From an uncultured Chlorobiaceae bacterium (GTDB lineage: Bacteria > Bacteroidota > Chlorobiia > Chlorobiales > Chlorobiaceae): a stretch of 64,000 nucleotides of DNA. The notes below the pieces were generated by a model. It saw only the letters and a list, made by a program, of their open reading frames with translations. It was not told the DNA's origin and made no database searches. This document shows, piece by piece, positions 13,487-25,074 of this stretch. A program made the translations under genes and the position numbers. Numbering within the stretch: the first letter of the stretch is position 1; every line of letters starts with the position of its first letter. The stretch lies in the NCBI GenBank assembly GCA_903917955.1, contig CAIXCO010000280.1:3450-67449 (forward strand), read 5' to 3'.

Positions 13487-13890
13487 AAAACGCCCTCTTT
13501 TGTTCGTATTTTCCTAAGAAACTCATGTCAAATATTACAAAATTCGGACTCTTCTTCCTGATGACTACCTGTACTCCAGAGTTTGTATCTCACAAAAAAG
13601 AAGAGGCTTATTGAATTTGTTTCAAAGAAACTCCCCTTGAACACCAAACAAATCGTTAAGTTACCCCCTTGGCGAGCCGTATAAACTCTAAAGTTTTGAG
13701 AGTAAAGAAAAAAAAGAGTTATTGAATTGTTCCCCAAAAAACAGTCACCGACACGATGTAAAAGTAATTTACAATTATTTTTATTGAAAGAAGTGACTGC
13801 ATCGCAGCAAAAAAAAACTGGCAATTTGTCATTCGTTGTAAAATATTGTTTTTTGGGGGTAAACTCTTGAACAGAACGGATTAGACACTT

Positions 13891-14553
13891 ATGGAACGAC
13901 ACAATGATGATCTCTCGATACTGCATGCATTATGTGCTGAACAGGCTATAGAGGTCGATCTTGAAACACTTCAACAACTGGTACGCTATGGCGAATGCCT
14001 CGAAAAGTGGAACGAAAAAATTAACCTGATCAGCCGGAAAGAGGACGCACCGGTCATCATCAAACACATTTTTCATTCACTCCTGATCAGCCTTCACCAT
14101 AAGTTCAGCGATAATGAGCATGTTCTTGATCTCGGAACAGGGGGAGGACTGCCGGGCATTCCGCTCTCTCTCCTTTTTCCCCGCACCCGCTTTCTTCTCG
14201 TTGATGCGACCGGAAAGAAAATTGCTGCCTGTCAGGCCATGATCAAGGAACTTGGCATAACCAATGCCGTCGCTCTGCATACGAGGGTAGAGGAACTCAA
14301 GGGGGTTATGTTTGATACAATACTTTCAAGACAGGTGGCACCTCTCGACAAGCTCTGCGGTTATGCAGGGAGGCTTTTAAAGCCTAGCGGTACGATGATT
14401 TGCCTGAAGGGAGGAAATCTCGACAAGGAGATTGCGAGCGCACTGAAATCGAGCAAGGATCATGAAGGATTTCCCGCCAGAATAGAGTTGCATCCAATAC
14501 AGGGCGTCAGCCCCTTTTTCTCTGAAAAACAGATAGTCATTGCCCGCGGATAA
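13891..14553 (+). CDS. rsmG: 16S rRNA m7G527 methyltransferase
   Basis: [25 protein letters not shown]. Confidence 0.95.
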   Translation: MERHNDDLSILHALCAEQAIEVDLETLQQLVRYGECLEKWNEKINLISRKEDAPVIIKHIFHSLLISLHHKFSDNEHVLDLGTGGGLPGIPLSLLFPRTRFLLVDATGKKIAACQAMIKELGITNAVALHTRVEELKGVMFDTILSRQVAPLDKLCGYAGRLLKPSGTMICLKGGNLDKEIASALKSSKDHEGFPARIELHPIQGVSPFFSEKQIVIARG

Positions 14554-14614
14554 AAACTTTTCCACAAGCAATGACTAACGATAGCTCTCAAAAAAAGGAT
14601 TCGAACGGAGTCGA

Positions 14615-15073
14615 TCAGACGGCGGAAGCAACGGATGCTTCTGCTGTTTTCTTTGAACCCTGAACTCGTTTTGCGCGATCCTGCTTGCCAGTACTTTGGC
14701 TTGCTGATGGTGCTTCCTGATAATCGACAAGCTCAATGACGGCCATTTTAGCTGCATCACCAAAACGGGGAGCAAGCTTGATGACGCGAGTGTAACCACC
14801 CTGACGGGTACCCACTTTGGCCACAATCTCTTCAAAAAGAATTCTTACGGCCTGTTTGTCGCGGATGTTTTTAAAAACTTCACGCTGGGCATGAACCGTC
14901 CCTTTACGGGCCTTGGTAATGAGCTTTTCTACAACCCTGCGAGTCTCTTTGGCTTTTGCCTCTGTCGTTTCAATACGCTTGTAGACAAGCAGTTGTGTTG
15001 ACAGGTTGCTGAGCGTCGCCTTTCTATGGGCTGCGGTTCTTCCAAGTTTTCTTACCGGCTTAGTTTTACGCAT
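14615..15073 (-). CDS. rplQ: 50S ribosomal protein L17
   Basis: [20 protein letters not shown]. Confidence 0.97.
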   Translation of the reverse strand: MRKTKPVRKLGRTAAHRKATLSNLSTQLLVYKRIETTEAKAKETRRVVEKLITKARKGTVHAQREVFKNIRDKQAVRILFEEIVAKVGTRQGGYTRVIKLAPRFGDAAKMAVIELVDYQEAPSASQSTGKQDRAKRVQGSKKTAEASVASAV

Positions 15074-15119
15074 GTCTATTTCCTGATCTCAATAATTCAA
15101 AAAAACGGTTACGATTTAA

Positions 15120-16103
15120 TCATTTCATCTGATATCTGGTAATATCCATACCAAACTTCAGGTCAAACTTTTCAAGCTGTTCTTTCAACTCCGTGAGCGA
15201 CTTCTTGCCAAAATTCTTGTAGTTAAGCAGCTCATCCTCTTTGTGGGAAACAAGTTCACCAATCGTATCAATTTCTGCAAGTCTAAGGCAGTTATGTGAA
15301 CGAACAGAGAGATCAAGATCTTCGATTTTGGTATGAAAGAGCCGTCGCATGGTCTCAAACTCATCATCCTGCTGCTTGAACTCCTCCTCGGTAAACTCCT
15401 CTTCTGTTGGAGAGAAGTTGGCAAAAAATGTTACATGATCAGTGATGATTTTACCGGCAAGACTGATTGAATCATCAGGAGAGACCGAACCATCTGTCTC
15501 GACATCAAGAATCATCTTTTCATAATCAGTCCGCTGACCAACACGGGTATTTTCTACCGTAAACTTAACATTCCTGATCGGTGTATAGATAGCATCGACG
15601 GCGATGTACCCTATAGGCATTCCTTCAGGCCTGTTGTCTTCCGCTGGCATGTAACCACGACCTCTTCCGATATAGAGATCAATTTTGAGCGTCGCACCAG
15701 CATTGATAGTAGCAACATGCATCTCTTTGTTCAATACCTCAAATTCGCCTTCCTGAGCCACGATCTCACCAGCAGTGAAATCCATTGGCCCGACCAAAGT
15801 AAGGGAGGTTTTGCAATTCCTTTTGCAAGTAGACTTAAAACGGACTTTCTTAAGATTCAAAACGATTTCCGGTACATCTTCACGAACACCCTCAATGGCT
15901 GCAAACTCATGAAAAACACCATCTATTTTAATCCCTGTTATTGCAGTTCCCGGAAGCGAGGCAAGAAGAACTCTTCTCATAACGTTTCCGAGGGTCACAC
16001 CATAACCGCGCTCAAGCGGCTGGGCAATGAACCTGCCGAAACGATCCGTATGGGAAGCTTCGTCAACCTCTATTTTTGCAGGCATCTGCATCTGGTATAT
16101 CAT
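15120..16103 (-). CDS. rpoA: RNA polymerase alpha subunit
   Basis: [28 protein letters not shown]. Confidence 0.98.
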   Translation of the reverse strand: MIYQMQMPAKIEVDEASHTDRFGRFIAQPLERGYGVTLGNVMRRVLLASLPGTAITGIKIDGVFHEFAAIEGVREDVPEIVLNLKKVRFKSTCKRNCKTSLTLVGPMDFTAGEIVAQEGEFEVLNKEMHVATINAGATLKIDLYIGRGRGYMPAEDNRPEGMPIGYIAVDAIYTPIRNVKFTVENTRVGQRTDYEKMILDVETDGSVSPDDSISLAGKIITDHVTFFANFSPTEEEFTEEEFKQQDDEFETMRRLFHTKIEDLDLSVRSHNCLRLAEIDTIGELVSHKEDELLNYKNFGKKSLTELKEQLEKFDLKFGMDITRYQMK

Positions 16104-16132
16104 AGTAATTTATACCTTAGAATTCATTAAAA

Positions 16133-16744
16133 TCACTTCGAGTATAACTCAACGACTAACTGTTCGTTGAATGGCTCCTGCACTTCCACTCTCTCTGGTA
16201 CACTCAGAAAAACCGCTTTCTGGTTTGCCTTGTCAACCTGTATCCATGAAGGAATGCGGGATTCAGGCGCTTTGGTGAGTGAATCGGTAACAGCTCCCAT
16301 GTTTTTGCTTCTCTGACGGAACTCAATGACCTCAGAAGGAGAAACAATGTAGGAAGGGATATCAACCTTCTTACCGTTGATGAGTAGATGGCCGTGCGTC
16401 ACAAGCTGACGGGCACCTGAGCGCGAAGGCGCAAAACCCGCACGAAAAACAACATTATCAAAACGTCTTTCGAGAAGCTTTACAAGGTTATCGCCTGTAA
16501 CACCTCTTTGCGACACCGCTTTCTTGTAATAATTCCTGAACTGCTTTTCAAGAATCCCGTACAGGTATTTCATCTTCTGCTTCTCTCTCAACTGGAGAGC
16601 GTATTCAGAGACCTTTCCTTTCCGTCCCTGTCCATGCTGGCCAGGAGGAAATGGACGTCTTTCGAGATATTTTTCTGCCTTTGGTGCAAGCGCAATACCT
16701 AACCTGCGGGATACTTTTGTTATTGAGCCTCTGAATCTTGCCAT
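16133..16744 (-). CDS. rpsD: 30S ribosomal protein S4
   Basis: [23 protein letters not shown]. Confidence 0.98.
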   Translation of the reverse strand: MARFRGSITKVSRRLGIALAPKAEKYLERRPFPPGQHGQGRKGKVSEYALQLREKQKMKYLYGILEKQFRNYYKKAVSQRGVTGDNLVKLLERRFDNVVFRAGFAPSRSGARQLVTHGHLLINGKKVDIPSYIVSPSEVIEFRQRSKNMGAVTDSLTKAPESRIPSWIQVDKANQKAVFLSVPERVEVQEPFNEQLVVELYSK

Positions 16745-16781
16745 ATCACTTGCTTCATTGAAATTCTATGAATATATAAAA

Positions 16782-17165
16782 TCAGACTCTTCTGCGCTTG
16801 GGAGGCCTGCAGCCGTTATGCGGAAGAGGTGTTATATCCTTAATGGTCCGAACATCAAGACCTGCGCCCTGCAGAGCCCGTATAGCAGCATCACGTCCGG
16901 CACCAGGCCCTTTGATAAAGACATTGACATGGCGCATCCCAAGATCATAAGCCTCTTTTGCAGCAGATTCCGACGTAATCTGCGACGCATAAGGAGTATT
17001 CTTTTTTGACCCCTTGAAGCCATTTTTGCCCGCGCTGGACCAGGAAACCGTGTTACCCTGAAGATCTGTAATGGTCACCATGATATTATTGAAGGAGGCC
17101 TTAATATGCACAGCACCTTCAGGGGTAACCTTAACCTTCTTTTTTTTCTTGCTTATTGTAGCCAT
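16782..17165 (-). CDS. rpsK: 30S ribosomal protein S11
   Basis: [21 protein letters not shown]. Confidence 0.98.
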   Translation of the reverse strand: MATISKKKKKVKVTPEGAVHIKASFNNIMVTITDLQGNTVSWSSAGKNGFKGSKKNTPYASQITSESAAKEAYDLGMRHVNVFIKGPGAGRDAAIRALQGAGLDVRTIKDITPLPHNGCRPPKRRRV

Positions 17166-17209
17166 GAACTTACACTCTTTAGTATCGAAGATTTTATTGC
17201 CTGTAACTA

Positions 17210-17587
17210 CTACTTCTTGACTGCCTTCTTCTTACCGGCGACAGTCTTCCGTTTACCTTTTCTGGTCCTTGCATTGGTGCGCGTCCTCTGTCCACGAACA
17301 GGAAGCGAGCGCCTGTGACGAAGTCCCCTGTAGCAGCCGATATCCATCAAACGTTTAATGGCAGTCTGCTGCTCACCGCGCGCCTGCCCTTCAACCTTGT
17401 ACTCTTCGGCAATAATTTCCCTGATAGCATGCGCCTCCTGATCATTCAGATCAGAAATCTTCCTGTTCGGCGCAATACCTGCTCTCTGCAAAATGCTTTC
17501 GGCTGATGCTCTCCCAATACCATAAACATGCGTCAAAGCAATAACAGCATGTTTGTTCAACGGCAAATTTACCCCAGCTATCCTCAT
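17210..17587 (-). CDS. rpsM: 30S ribosomal protein S13
   Basis: [25 protein letters not shown]. Confidence 0.98.
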   Translation of the reverse strand: MRIAGVNLPLNKHAVIALTHVYGIGRASAESILQRAGIAPNRKISDLNDQEAHAIREIIAEEYKVEGQARGEQQTAIKRLMDIGCYRGLRHRRSLPVRGQRTRTNARTRKGKRKTVAGKKKAVKK

Positions 17588-17620
17588 ATTCTCTTTAAAG
17601 TTCTATTGTTTTTCTGAAGA

Positions 17621-17737
17621 TCAACCCTGGCGCTGCTTATGGCTGGGATTTACTTTACAAATCACATATCTCTTGCCTTTGCGCTTGACAATGCGGCAAT
17701 GCTCACAGCGCTTTTTAATAGAAGAATATATTTTCAT
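17621..17737 (-). CDS. rpmJ: 50S ribosomal protein L36
   Basis: Manual translation (below ORF-track cutoff): [38 protein letters not shown]. Confidence 0.96.
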   Translation of the reverse strand: MKIYSSIKKRCEHCRIVKRKGKRYVICKVNPSHKQRQG

Positions 17738-17846
17738 GATAACACCCAGATGCAATGATTAAACGAACTAACCCGAAACCTGAAAAGGTCTGTAATGTAA
17801 TAAATAAAGATTAGAAAATCAATATTCTGATCACTTATTCCGTGAT

Positions 17847-18065
17847 TTATTTATACCGGTAGGTGATCCTTCCCTTGGAAATATCGTAAGGGGATATCTG
17901 GACTTTCACCTTGTCACCAGGCAGGATCCTGATATAGTGCATCCTGATTTTACCTGAAACATGCGCCAACACCTCAAGGCTGTTTTCGAGTTTCACCTTG
18001 AACTGTGCATTCGGAAGTGCTTCCAGAATAACACCTTCAATCTCAATTGATTCTTCTTTGGCCAA
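17847..18065 (-). CDS. infA: Translation initiation factor IF-1
   Basis: [23 protein letters not shown]. Confidence 0.98.
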   Translation of the reverse strand: MAKEESIEIEGVILEALPNAQFKVKLENSLEVLAHVSGKIRMHYIRILPGDKVKVQISPYDISKGRITYRYK

Positions 18066-18104
18066 ATTGTCTGCTCCTTTGTTTCTGTAAAGTGTTGTAA
18101 GCGA

Positions 18105-18902
18105 TCAAGAGTTTTTACCATCAAGAAAGGTGCTGGTCAGTATCTCAGCTTTCCCTGCCCTGACGACTATCGTATGCTCAAAATGTGCTGAGGGCTTTCC
18201 ATCCTCTGTTACCGCAACCCATCCTCCACGACGGCTGATTGCCTTGCGCGACCGTCCAAGAGCGATCATGGGCTCAATGGCAAGCGTCATACCCTCCCGA
18301 AGTTTGACTCCAGTATGCTTCCTGCCATAATTTGGTACCGCAGGCTCCTCGTGCAGCTCGCTGCCAATACCATGACCAACCATATTTTCGATAACACTAT
18401 AGCGGAACGAACGGGCATACTCCTCTATGGCAGATGAGATGTCATGAAGACGGTTCCCTTCAACAGCCATAGCAATTCCCCGATAAAGACATTCCCGTGT
18501 TGCATCCACAAGCTGCTGTACCTGCTCATCAATGACGCCAAGTACAAAGGTTCGTGCCGCATCACCATGATAGCCACCCTTGTAGACGCCACAGTCAACT
18601 GAGACAATATCACCCTCCTTGACAACCCTTTTTGAGCTCGGAACACCATGAACAACCTCTTCATTGATGGAGACACAGAGTGTTGCCGGATAGGGCGTCA
18701 CATCCGGATCGCCTTTTGGCGCATAATTGAGAAAACTTGGGACTGCATGGTGGTCGCGGATAAATTCCTCAGCCATTATGTCGAGCTGTTTGGTCGTCAT
18801 ACCTGGCTTTATTTCCGTCTCAAGCAAATCAAGTACCTTTGCCACGAGGGCGCCGGACTCTCTCATCAGCTCAATTTCCCGCTCACTTTTAATCGTAATC
18901 AT
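18105..18902 (-). CDS. map: Methionine aminopeptidase type I
   Basis: SINEEVVHG, GHGIG..LHEEP, AHFEHT. Confidence 0.97.
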   Translation of the reverse strand: MITIKSEREIELMRESGALVAKVLDLLETEIKPGMTTKQLDIMAEEFIRDHHAVPSFLNYAPKGDPDVTPYPATLCVSINEEVVHGVPSSKRVVKEGDIVSVDCGVYKGGYHGDAARTFVLGVIDEQVQQLVDATRECLYRGIAMAVEGNRLHDISSAIEEYARSFRYSVIENMVGHGIGSELHEEPAVPNYGRKHTGVKLREGMTLAIEPMIALGRSRKAISRRGGWVAVTEDGKPSAHFEHTIVVRAGKAEILTSTFLDGKNS

Positions 18903-18912
18903 AAGAGTTGCA

Positions 18913-20244
18913 TTACCTGCCTTGTCGTCCCCGTGTTTTGCCTGACTTCATGAACCCATCGTAGTGGCGCATGAGCAGATGGCTTTCAACCTGCTGCAAA
19001 GTATCAAGACCTACACCGACAATAATCAAAAGACTCGTTCCACCAAAAAACTGGGCAAAGCCCTGCGTTACATTGGCGAACTTTGTCAGAAAAGTTGGAA
19101 GAATTGCAATGATAGCAAGCGATATAGCCCCAGGCAACGTGATCCGTGTAAGGATATTGTCAATAAAGTCTGCGGTGCTCTTTCCAGGCCGCACACCAGG
19201 AATAAACCCACCCTGACGGCGCATGGTGTCGGCAACTTCCTTGGGATTAAAGGCAATCGCTGTATAAAAATAGGTAAAGAAGACAATCATGGTGCCGAAC
19301 ATCAGTGCATACCACCAGGAGTCATAAGCGAGTAATTTGGCAATGCTCTGCATCACCTCATTCTCAGGAAAAAAGGAGAGAAATGTAGCAGGCAAAAACA
19401 TGATGGACTGTGCAAAAATAATAGGCATAACACCGGCAGTGTTGATCCGCATCGGAATGTACTGGGTGCTGCCTCCGTAAACCTTGCGTCCCACAACCCG
19501 TTTGGCATGCTGGACAGGAATACGGCGGGTACCAACCGAAAGTATCACAACAAAAGCAACGATGGCGGCCATCATGGCAAGAATAATGATCTCAATAATC
19601 CAGTTCTTGCTTCCCAATGAGACCGAACGGAATTCAGCGACGAGTGCCTGAGGAAAGCGTGCAAGGATACCGATCATAATAATGAGCGAAATACCGTTAC
19701 CGATACCACGTTCTGTAATCTTCTCGCCAAGCCACATGACAAAAACTGTCGATGCTGAAAGAAGAACCACGACGGTAATAGTAAAAAAGATACCGGGATC
19801 AGGGACAACGGTCTGGCCGAATGCGGCGGGACTCGAAAGGTTGACACTTACACCCCATGACTGCAGCAGAGCAATAAGGACCGTTCCATACCTGGTCATC
19901 TGACTGATTTTCTGACGACCATCTTCCCCCTCTTTCTGGAGTTTCTGGAAGTAAGGAGTAACAGCTCCGAGCAACTGAACGATGATCGATGCCGAAATGT
20001 AGGGCATGATACCGAGAGAAAAAATAGAGGCTCTGGTAAAGGCTCCACCAACAAAAAGATCAAACAATCCAAAAAGATCGTTTGAATGGGAAGTTGATGC
20101 ATGTGACAGAGCCGCAGCATCAACACCCGGAATGGTTATGTATGAACCAAGCCTGTAAACAAACAAGAGAAGAAGCGTATAAAGGATCCGCTGACGGAGT
20201 TCAGGGATTTTATTGATGTTGCTTATACTTTCAGTAAGCTTCAT
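18913..20244 (-). CDS. secY: Preprotein translocase SecY
   Basis: SIFSLGIMPYISASII, GIGNGISL, IPGVRPG, GGTSLLI. Confidence 0.98.
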   Translation of the reverse strand: MKLTESISNINKIPELRQRILYTLLLLFVYRLGSYITIPGVDAAALSHASTSHSNDLFGLFDLFVGGAFTRASIFSLGIMPYISASIIVQLLGAVTPYFQKLQKEGEDGRQKISQMTRYGTVLIALLQSWGVSVNLSSPAAFGQTVVPDPGIFFTITVVVLLSASTVFVMWLGEKITERGIGNGISLIIMIGILARFPQALVAEFRSVSLGSKNWIIEIIILAMMAAIVAFVVILSVGTRRIPVQHAKRVVGRKVYGGSTQYIPMRINTAGVMPIIFAQSIMFLPATFLSFFPENEVMQSIAKLLAYDSWWYALMFGTMIVFFTYFYTAIAFNPKEVADTMRRQGGFIPGVRPGKSTADFIDNILTRITLPGAISLAIIAILPTFLTKFANVTQGFAQFFGGTSLLIIVGVGLDTLQQVESHLLMRHYDGFMKSGKTRGRQGR

Positions 20245-20262
20245 AGCGTCCTTTTAACGGAT

Positions 20263-20817
20263 TCATGCCTTGGTGGATTTTTTTGCTCTCTTGACCAATT
20301 TCGCTTTTGGCTTCAGAAGCGCATCTTCAAACGGCAGATCTCTGACCTTGGATGCCTCTTCGAGTGTACGGAACGCCTTCACGGCTGAACCACCTGCTGC
20401 GATAATTTTTTCTTCGGCACTTTTGCTGAACGCATGAGCGTTTATTTTAATGGCGCTCGTAAGTTCACCATTACCGAGAATCTTGAAATAGTCGGCATTA
20501 CTGGCATGAAGAAGCGACTTGAGATCGAAGATGGTAATCTCGTTCTCTACAAGTCCGTCCTCAATCCACTTGTCAATCTGGGTAAGATTAACCGTGTTTA
20601 CCGGCTTTTTATCAATAGGAGTAAAGCCGAATTTAGGCAGTCTCCGGTAAACCGGAACCTGGCCACCTTCAATAATAGGTCTCTTGTAGCCACTTCGTGA
20701 CTGCTGACCATTGTTTCCTTTGCCAGCCGTCGTTCCGTTACCTGAACCTTGACCGCGGCCAACTCTCTTTTTGTTTTTTACTGCGCCTTTTGCAGGACGA
20801 AGTGAACTTAAATCCAT
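20263..20817 (-). CDS. rplO: 50S ribosomal protein L15 (C-terminal extension)
   Basis: RVGRGQGSG, EGGQ.P.YRRLPK; start at MDLSSL. Confidence 0.95.
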   Translation of the reverse strand: MDLSSLRPAKGAVKNKKRVGRGQGSGNGTTAGKGNNGQQSRSGYKRPIIEGGQVPVYRRLPKFGFTPIDKKPVNTVNLTQIDKWIEDGLVENEITIFDLKSLLHASNADYFKILGNGELTSAIKINAHAFSKSAEEKIIAAGGSAVKAFRTLEEASKVRDLPFEDALLKPKAKLVKRAKKSTKA

Positions 20818-20851
20818 GGTTTCAATTCCCGACTTGCTATTAGTAAAAATC

Positions 20852-21037
20852 TTAGACCTCTTCAACCTTTACAAGGTGCTGCACAACCCTTATCTGTCCC
20901 CTGGTGCAAGGATTGTCCTGACGGTCAACATGATAATGGGGTCTTCCAAGGCCAAGTGCTTCAATGGTAGCTCTCTGTTTTTTCGTGCAACCGATGATGC
21001 TACGCACCTGGGTAATTCTTAATATTTTCTCACTCAT
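20852..21037 (-). CDS. rpmD: 50S ribosomal protein L30
   Basis: ITQVRSIIG, ALGL, RGQI..V.HLV. Confidence 0.95.
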   Translation of the reverse strand: MSEKILRITQVRSIIGCTKKQRATIEALGLGRPHYHVDRQDNPCTRGQIRVVQHLVKVEEV

Positions 21038-21054
21038 GATCGCATTTGTCATTT

Positions 21055-21573
21055 TTAGCTTTCAAAAACCTCTTTCAGGCTCTTTGACCGTCTTTCGCCT
21101 ACATCATAAGCGTCAGAGATACTCTGAAGTCCCTTGATAGCCGCCTTTACCACATTGTGCGGATTGGAGGAACCCAGCGATTTGGTCAGAATGTCGTGGA
21201 TACCAGCCATTTCAAGCACAGCGCGGACTGCTCCACCGGCAATAAGACCGGTACCAGGCGTTGCCGGCTTCATCATCACCTTGGCTGAACCATACTTTGC
21301 AATAATCTGGTGAGGTATGGTGCCCTTGACAATCGGTACCTTGATGACATTCTTCTTGCCATCCTCGATGCCCTTTGCAATCGCATCCTGCACTTCATTT
21401 GCCTTTCCCAGCCCGTAACCTACATGACCCTCTTTATCGCCAACGACAACAATAGCATTGAATCCGAAGCGTTTTCCACCTTTGACAACTTTTGCAGTCC
21501 TGTTGATATGAACCAGTTTCTCTTTCAGATTTAATTCACCGGGTCTGATACTCTTAGCAGACGTTTTTGCCAT
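21055..21573 (-). CDS. rpsE: 30S ribosomal protein S5
   Basis: [17 protein letters not shown]. Confidence 0.98.
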   Translation of the reverse strand: MAKTSAKSIRPGELNLKEKLVHINRTAKVVKGGKRFGFNAIVVVGDKEGHVGYGLGKANEVQDAIAKGIEDGKKNVIKVPIVKGTIPHQIIAKYGSAKVMMKPATPGTGLIAGGAVRAVLEMAGIHDILTKSLGSSNPHNVVKAAIKGLQSISDAYDVGERRSKSLKEVFES

Positions 21574-21596
21574 TTACCTATCTCTTTGAAAAGTTT

Positions 21597-21956
21597 TTAA
21601 AAGATCAGTCCTGCTTCTCTCGCACCATCAGCCAATGCCTTGACTCTTCCATGATAACGAAATCCATTTCTGTCAAATACTACACTTGTTATCCCCGCTG
21701 CAAGGGCCTTCTGACCGAGCTGATTTCCGATAATACGACACCGTTCTGACTTTGTACCCTCAAGAGCTGCATTATCCTTTGAGAGCGTAGACACTGCCAA
21801 TATGGTTGTGCTGCTGACATCATCAACCAACTGTGCATAAATCTGCGAAAGGCTCCTGTAGACACAAAGCCTTGGCTTTTCCTGGGTACCCTGGACATTG
21901 CCTCTGCTTCTGTCCTTGATTTTCTGCCTCCGGGAGGCTTTATCGATTTGACTCAT
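21597..21956 (-). CDS. rplR: 50S ribosomal protein L18
   Basis: [24 protein letters not shown]. Confidence 0.97.
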   Translation of the reverse strand: MSQIDKASRRQKIKDRSRGNVQGTQEKPRLCVYRSLSQIYAQLVDDVSSTTILAVSTLSKDNAALEGTKSERCRIIGNQLGQKALAAGITSVVFDRNGFRYHGRVKALADGAREAGLIF

Positions 21957-22014
21957 TCTCTTGAACCGTTGTATAATGTTATTGCCTGACTACTTGAGCT
22001 TTTCCGTTCACTCT

Positions 22015-22554
22015 TTATTTTCCTGCAGCCTTACCTTCCTTGCGGCGAATCACTTCACCAGCATACTTGATACCCTTTCCACGGTACGGTTCCGGTTTGC
22101 GGAATGAGCGGATCTTGGCGGCAACCTGGCCAACAAGCGCCTTGTCGATACCGGTTATAAGAACAGTAACCTGATCCGGCACCTCAATCTTGATTTCATC
22201 CGGAGCCTTGAAATAGATCATGTGCGAATAGCCAAGTGTAAGAGCGAGCAGATCATTTTTCAGCTCTGCACGATACCCGACGCCCGCAATTTCGAGTTTT
22301 CTGGTAAAACCTTTCGTAACACCATCAATCATATTACTGATGAGCATACGATAAAGACCATGCTGCGCCTTCGCCTTTTTACTGTCATCAATTCTCACTA
22401 CGGTAACAACACCGTTCTCTTCCGATACGGTCACCTGATCCGTCAGCCTCTGTTCAAGAGTGCCTTTAGGACCCGATACCCTGACATTGAAGTCATTGAT
22501 CTCTATCTTTGCCTGATTGCTCAGGGCTATGGGCATTTTTCCTATTCTTGACAT
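22015..22554 (-). CDS. rplF: 50S ribosomal protein L6
   Basis: MSRIGK, PEPYRGKG. Confidence 0.98.
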   Translation of the reverse strand: MSRIGKMPIALSNQAKIEINDFNVRVSGPKGTLEQRLTDQVTVSEENGVVTVVRIDDSKKAKAQHGLYRMLISNMIDGVTKGFTRKLEIAGVGYRAELKNDLLALTLGYSHMIYFKAPDEIKIEVPDQVTVLITGIDKALVGQVAAKIRSFRKPEPYRGKGIKYAGEVIRRKEGKAAGK

Positions 22555-22582
22555 GGTATTCTAATGCTCTTTGGCTTGTGAA

Positions 22583-22978
22583 TTAATAGATACGGAACAG
22601 GATTTCACCACCTACGCCCTGTGCCCTTGCCTCTTTGTCGGTTATAACCCCATTCGATGATGAAAGGATGTATAACCCGAGACCACCAAGATACTTTTTA
22701 ATATCCTTTCCGTCATAAACACGCCGACCCGGTTTGCTGACCCTGGTAATCTCCTTGATAGCGGGATCACCATGCGCAGTATACTTGAGATCAATCCGCA
22801 AAAAAGGAAATTTTTCGGTGGTAATGACCGTAAAGTTCTTGATGTACCCTTTCTCTACGAGCAATTGCGATAGATTTTCCCTGAGCTTTGAATAGGGAAT
22901 ATCGGTTGTTTTATTTTTTGCTCTTCCCGCATTTCTGATACGGGTGATATAATCTGCAATAGAATCCGTTACAGGCAT
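22583..22978 (-). CDS. rpsH: 30S ribosomal protein S8
   Basis: [23 protein letters not shown]. Confidence 0.98.
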   Translation of the reverse strand: MPVTDSIADYITRIRNAGRAKNKTTDIPYSKLRENLSQLLVEKGYIKNFTVITTEKFPFLRIDLKYTAHGDPAIKEITRVSKPGRRVYDGKDIKKYLGGLGLYILSSSNGVITDKEARAQGVGGEILFRIY

Positions 22979-23040
22979 AGCGAACGTTGGTTACTTTCTA
23001 AAATGAACAAATACCTTACTTTAACTTAAGGAAAGCCCGC

Positions 23041-23310
23041 TTACCAGCTTGCTTTCTTGACACCAGGCAACTTTCCTTCAAGCGCAAACTTGCGGAACAT
23101 ATGCCTGCACAACCCATACTTTGCATACACACCTCTTCCACGGCCTGTCAACACACAACGGTTACGCACCCTTGTCGCAGAACTGTCTCTCGGCAGTTTG
23201 CGGAGAGCTTCGTAGTCGCCAGCTTTAAGCAGCTCAGCACGAAGGACTGCATATTTCGCTACAAGCTTGATTCTCTTTTCGTTCCTTGCTATAACGCTTT
23301 TCTTGGCCAT
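23041..23310 (-). CDS. rpsN: 30S ribosomal protein S14
   Basis: [21 protein letters not shown]. Confidence 0.97.
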   Translation of the reverse strand: MAKKSVIARNEKRIKLVAKYAVLRAELLKAGDYEALRKLPRDSSATRVRNRCVLTGRGRGVYAKYGLCRHMFRKFALEGKLPGVKKASW

Positions 23311-23326
23311 CTGTTTTCTGAATTAT

Positions 23327-23914
23327 TTAGTTGTTCTTCTTTTTGAATGGCATTCCAAGTTCCGAAAGCAGCACGTAGGCCTCTTCGTCTGTAGAGGCGG
23401 ACGTTACAAAACTGATATCCATTCCGGATATTCTCGGTACTTTATCAATATCGATTTCCGGAAATATAATCTGCTCCCTGACACCTACCGTGTAGTTTCC
23501 ACGGCCATCAAAGCTCGTATCGCTGAGCCCGCGGAAATCACGAATTCTTGGAACGGCAAGACTGACAAAACGGTCAAAAAACTCATACATTGCCTTGCGA
23601 CGAAGCGTTACGCGACATCCAATAGGCTGACCTTCACGTAATTTAAAGTTTGATATAGCTTTCTTTGATTTACGGATCTGGGGTTTCTGACCTGTAATCT
23701 GGGCAAGCTCCTGAAGGGCAATTTCAAGCAATTTTGGTTCTGCTGCTGCCGCTCCTACACCAATATTGATCGATATTTTTTCGAGCCTGGGGACAAGCAT
23801 AGCATTCTTGTACTGAAAGCGCTCCATAAGATTCGGCGTTGCTTTCTCTCTGAAGAACGTTTCAAGTCTTGCCAGTGATGGTGTTGCAGGTGTCATCTCT
23901 TTATTCTTGTCCAT
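23327..23914 (-). CDS. rplE: 50S ribosomal protein L5
   Basis: [21 protein letters not shown]; start uncertain (MDKNK chosen). Confidence 0.95.
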   Translation of the reverse strand: MDKNKEMTPATPSLARLETFFREKATPNLMERFQYKNAMLVPRLEKISINIGVGAAAAEPKLLEIALQELAQITGQKPQIRKSKKAISNFKLREGQPIGCRVTLRRKAMYEFFDRFVSLAVPRIRDFRGLSDTSFDGRGNYTVGVREQIIFPEIDIDKVPRISGMDISFVTSASTDEEAYVLLSELGMPFKKKNN

Positions 23915-23975
23915 CTTGTTCTTTATCAGTTTACCCACGATGGTCTTGGTCATCGGGGACATTTAGTGGAAACAC

Positions 23976-24218
23976 TTAGCTTTTCTTCACATTTGAAGAG
24001 TGAATCGGGAACTCGCGTTCAATGATTGACCCTTGTGTCTGACCCTGTGCGGGACGGGTATGACGCTTCCGGATATTGACGCCTTCAACAATAACACGGC
24101 TTTTAACGGGAAATACTTTCAAAATTTTTCCAGCTTTACCTTTATCATTGCCGCTGATAACGACAACTGAGTCGTTTTTCTTGACGTGCAACTTAACCTT
24201 TTTAATCCCTGTTTTCAT
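23976..24218 (-). CDS. rplX: 50S ribosomal protein L24 (short form)
   Basis: KOW motif [22 protein letters not shown]. Confidence 0.95.
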   Translation of the reverse strand: MKTGIKKVKLHVKKNDSVVVISGNDKGKAGKILKVFPVKSRVIVEGVNIRKRHTRPAQGQTQGSIIEREFPIHSSNVKKS

Positions 24219-24252
24219 TTTTAACTGATATGATATTATTCATAAAATCCGG

Positions 24253-24325
24253 AGCGGGAGACGAGATTCGAACTCGCGACCAACAGCTTGGAAGGCTGTG
24301 ACTCTACCAACTGAGTTACTCCCGC
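24253..24325 (-). tRNA. tRNA-Gly (anticodon TCC)
   Basis: Reverse complement GCGGGAGTAACTCAGTTGGTAGAGTCACAGCCTTCCAAGCTGTTGGTCGCGAGTTCGAATCTCGTCTCCCGCT: acceptor stem, D-loop TGGTA, anticodon loop CTTCCAA, T-loop GTTCGAAT; followed by CCG, so CCA is not fully encoded. Confidence 0.95.
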
Positions 24326-24335
24326 CTGTGACACC

Positions 24336-24704
24336 CTACAGTACTTCTGGCGCCAACGAAACAATCTTCATAAATTTTCTGTCGCGAAGCTCTCTTGCTA
24401 CTGGACCGAAAATACGAGTTCCCCTTGGCTCACCCTGTGCGTTGAGAAGAACAACTGCATTCTCGTCAAAGCGGATATAAGAACCATCTTTCCTGCGAGA
24501 CTCCTTGACACAGCGCACTACAACGGCCCTGCACACATCCTTCTTCTTTACAATACCACCAGGAACTGCGGCTTTGACCGTTACAATAATCTGATCACCC
24601 AATGAGGCATAACGCCTCCCGGTTCCGCCGAAGACATGAATACAACGAACCTTTTTGGCTCCGCTGTTGTCGGCAACAACCAGATTTGTTTCTTTCTGGA
24701 TCAT
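24336..24704 (-). CDS. rplN: 50S ribosomal protein L14
   Basis: [23 protein letters not shown]. Confidence 0.98.
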   Translation of the reverse strand: MIQKETNLVVADNSGAKKVRCIHVFGGTGRRYASLGDQIIVTVKAAVPGGIVKKKDVCRAVVVRCVKESRRKDGSYIRFDENAVVLLNAQGEPRGTRIFGPVARELRDRKFMKIVSLAPEVL

Positions 24705-24742
24705 CCTGTTTCAAACTTTATTAAATGTATAAAAATGCTCTC

Positions 24743-25027
24743 TTACCTGGCTTTTTCTATAATTTCGACCAACCGGCAGCTCTTCCTTTTGCTCAGCGGA
24801 CGACACTCCACCACTTTAACCAGGTCACCGATTCCAGCTTCATTCTTTTCATCATGAGCTGTCAGCTTCGTTGTTTTCTTGAAATACTTCTTGTAAACCG
24901 GATGCTGTACACTACGTTCTATTGCAACCACACACGATTTATCCATCTTGTCACTGATAACCTTGCCCAACCAGCTTTTTTTCCTTCCCCTTACTGAAGC
25001 ACTCTGCTCCACTGATACACTGCTCAT
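24743..25027 (-). CDS. rpsQ: 30S ribosomal protein S17
   Basis: [22 protein letters not shown]; start at MSSVS (25042 also possible). Confidence 0.95.
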   Translation of the reverse strand: MSSVSVEQSASVRGRKKSWLGKVISDKMDKSCVVAIERSVQHPVYKKYFKKTTKLTAHDEKNEAGIGDLVKVVECRPLSKRKSCRLVEIIEKAR

Positions 25028-25074
25028 CGTATTTTCTTCCATGTAAGTAAACAGTTTTTTTGTTTGCCTTTCCG

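Noticed and set aside
13487-13890. Replication origin next to rsmG/gidB
   Set aside because: AT-rich, but no cluster of TTATCCACA boxes and no dnaA or gidA nearby.
18105-24218. Missing adk, extended L15, short L24, 89-aa S14 lacking a full Zn motif
   Set aside because: Most likely lineage-typical variants of the ribosomal operon rather than novelties.
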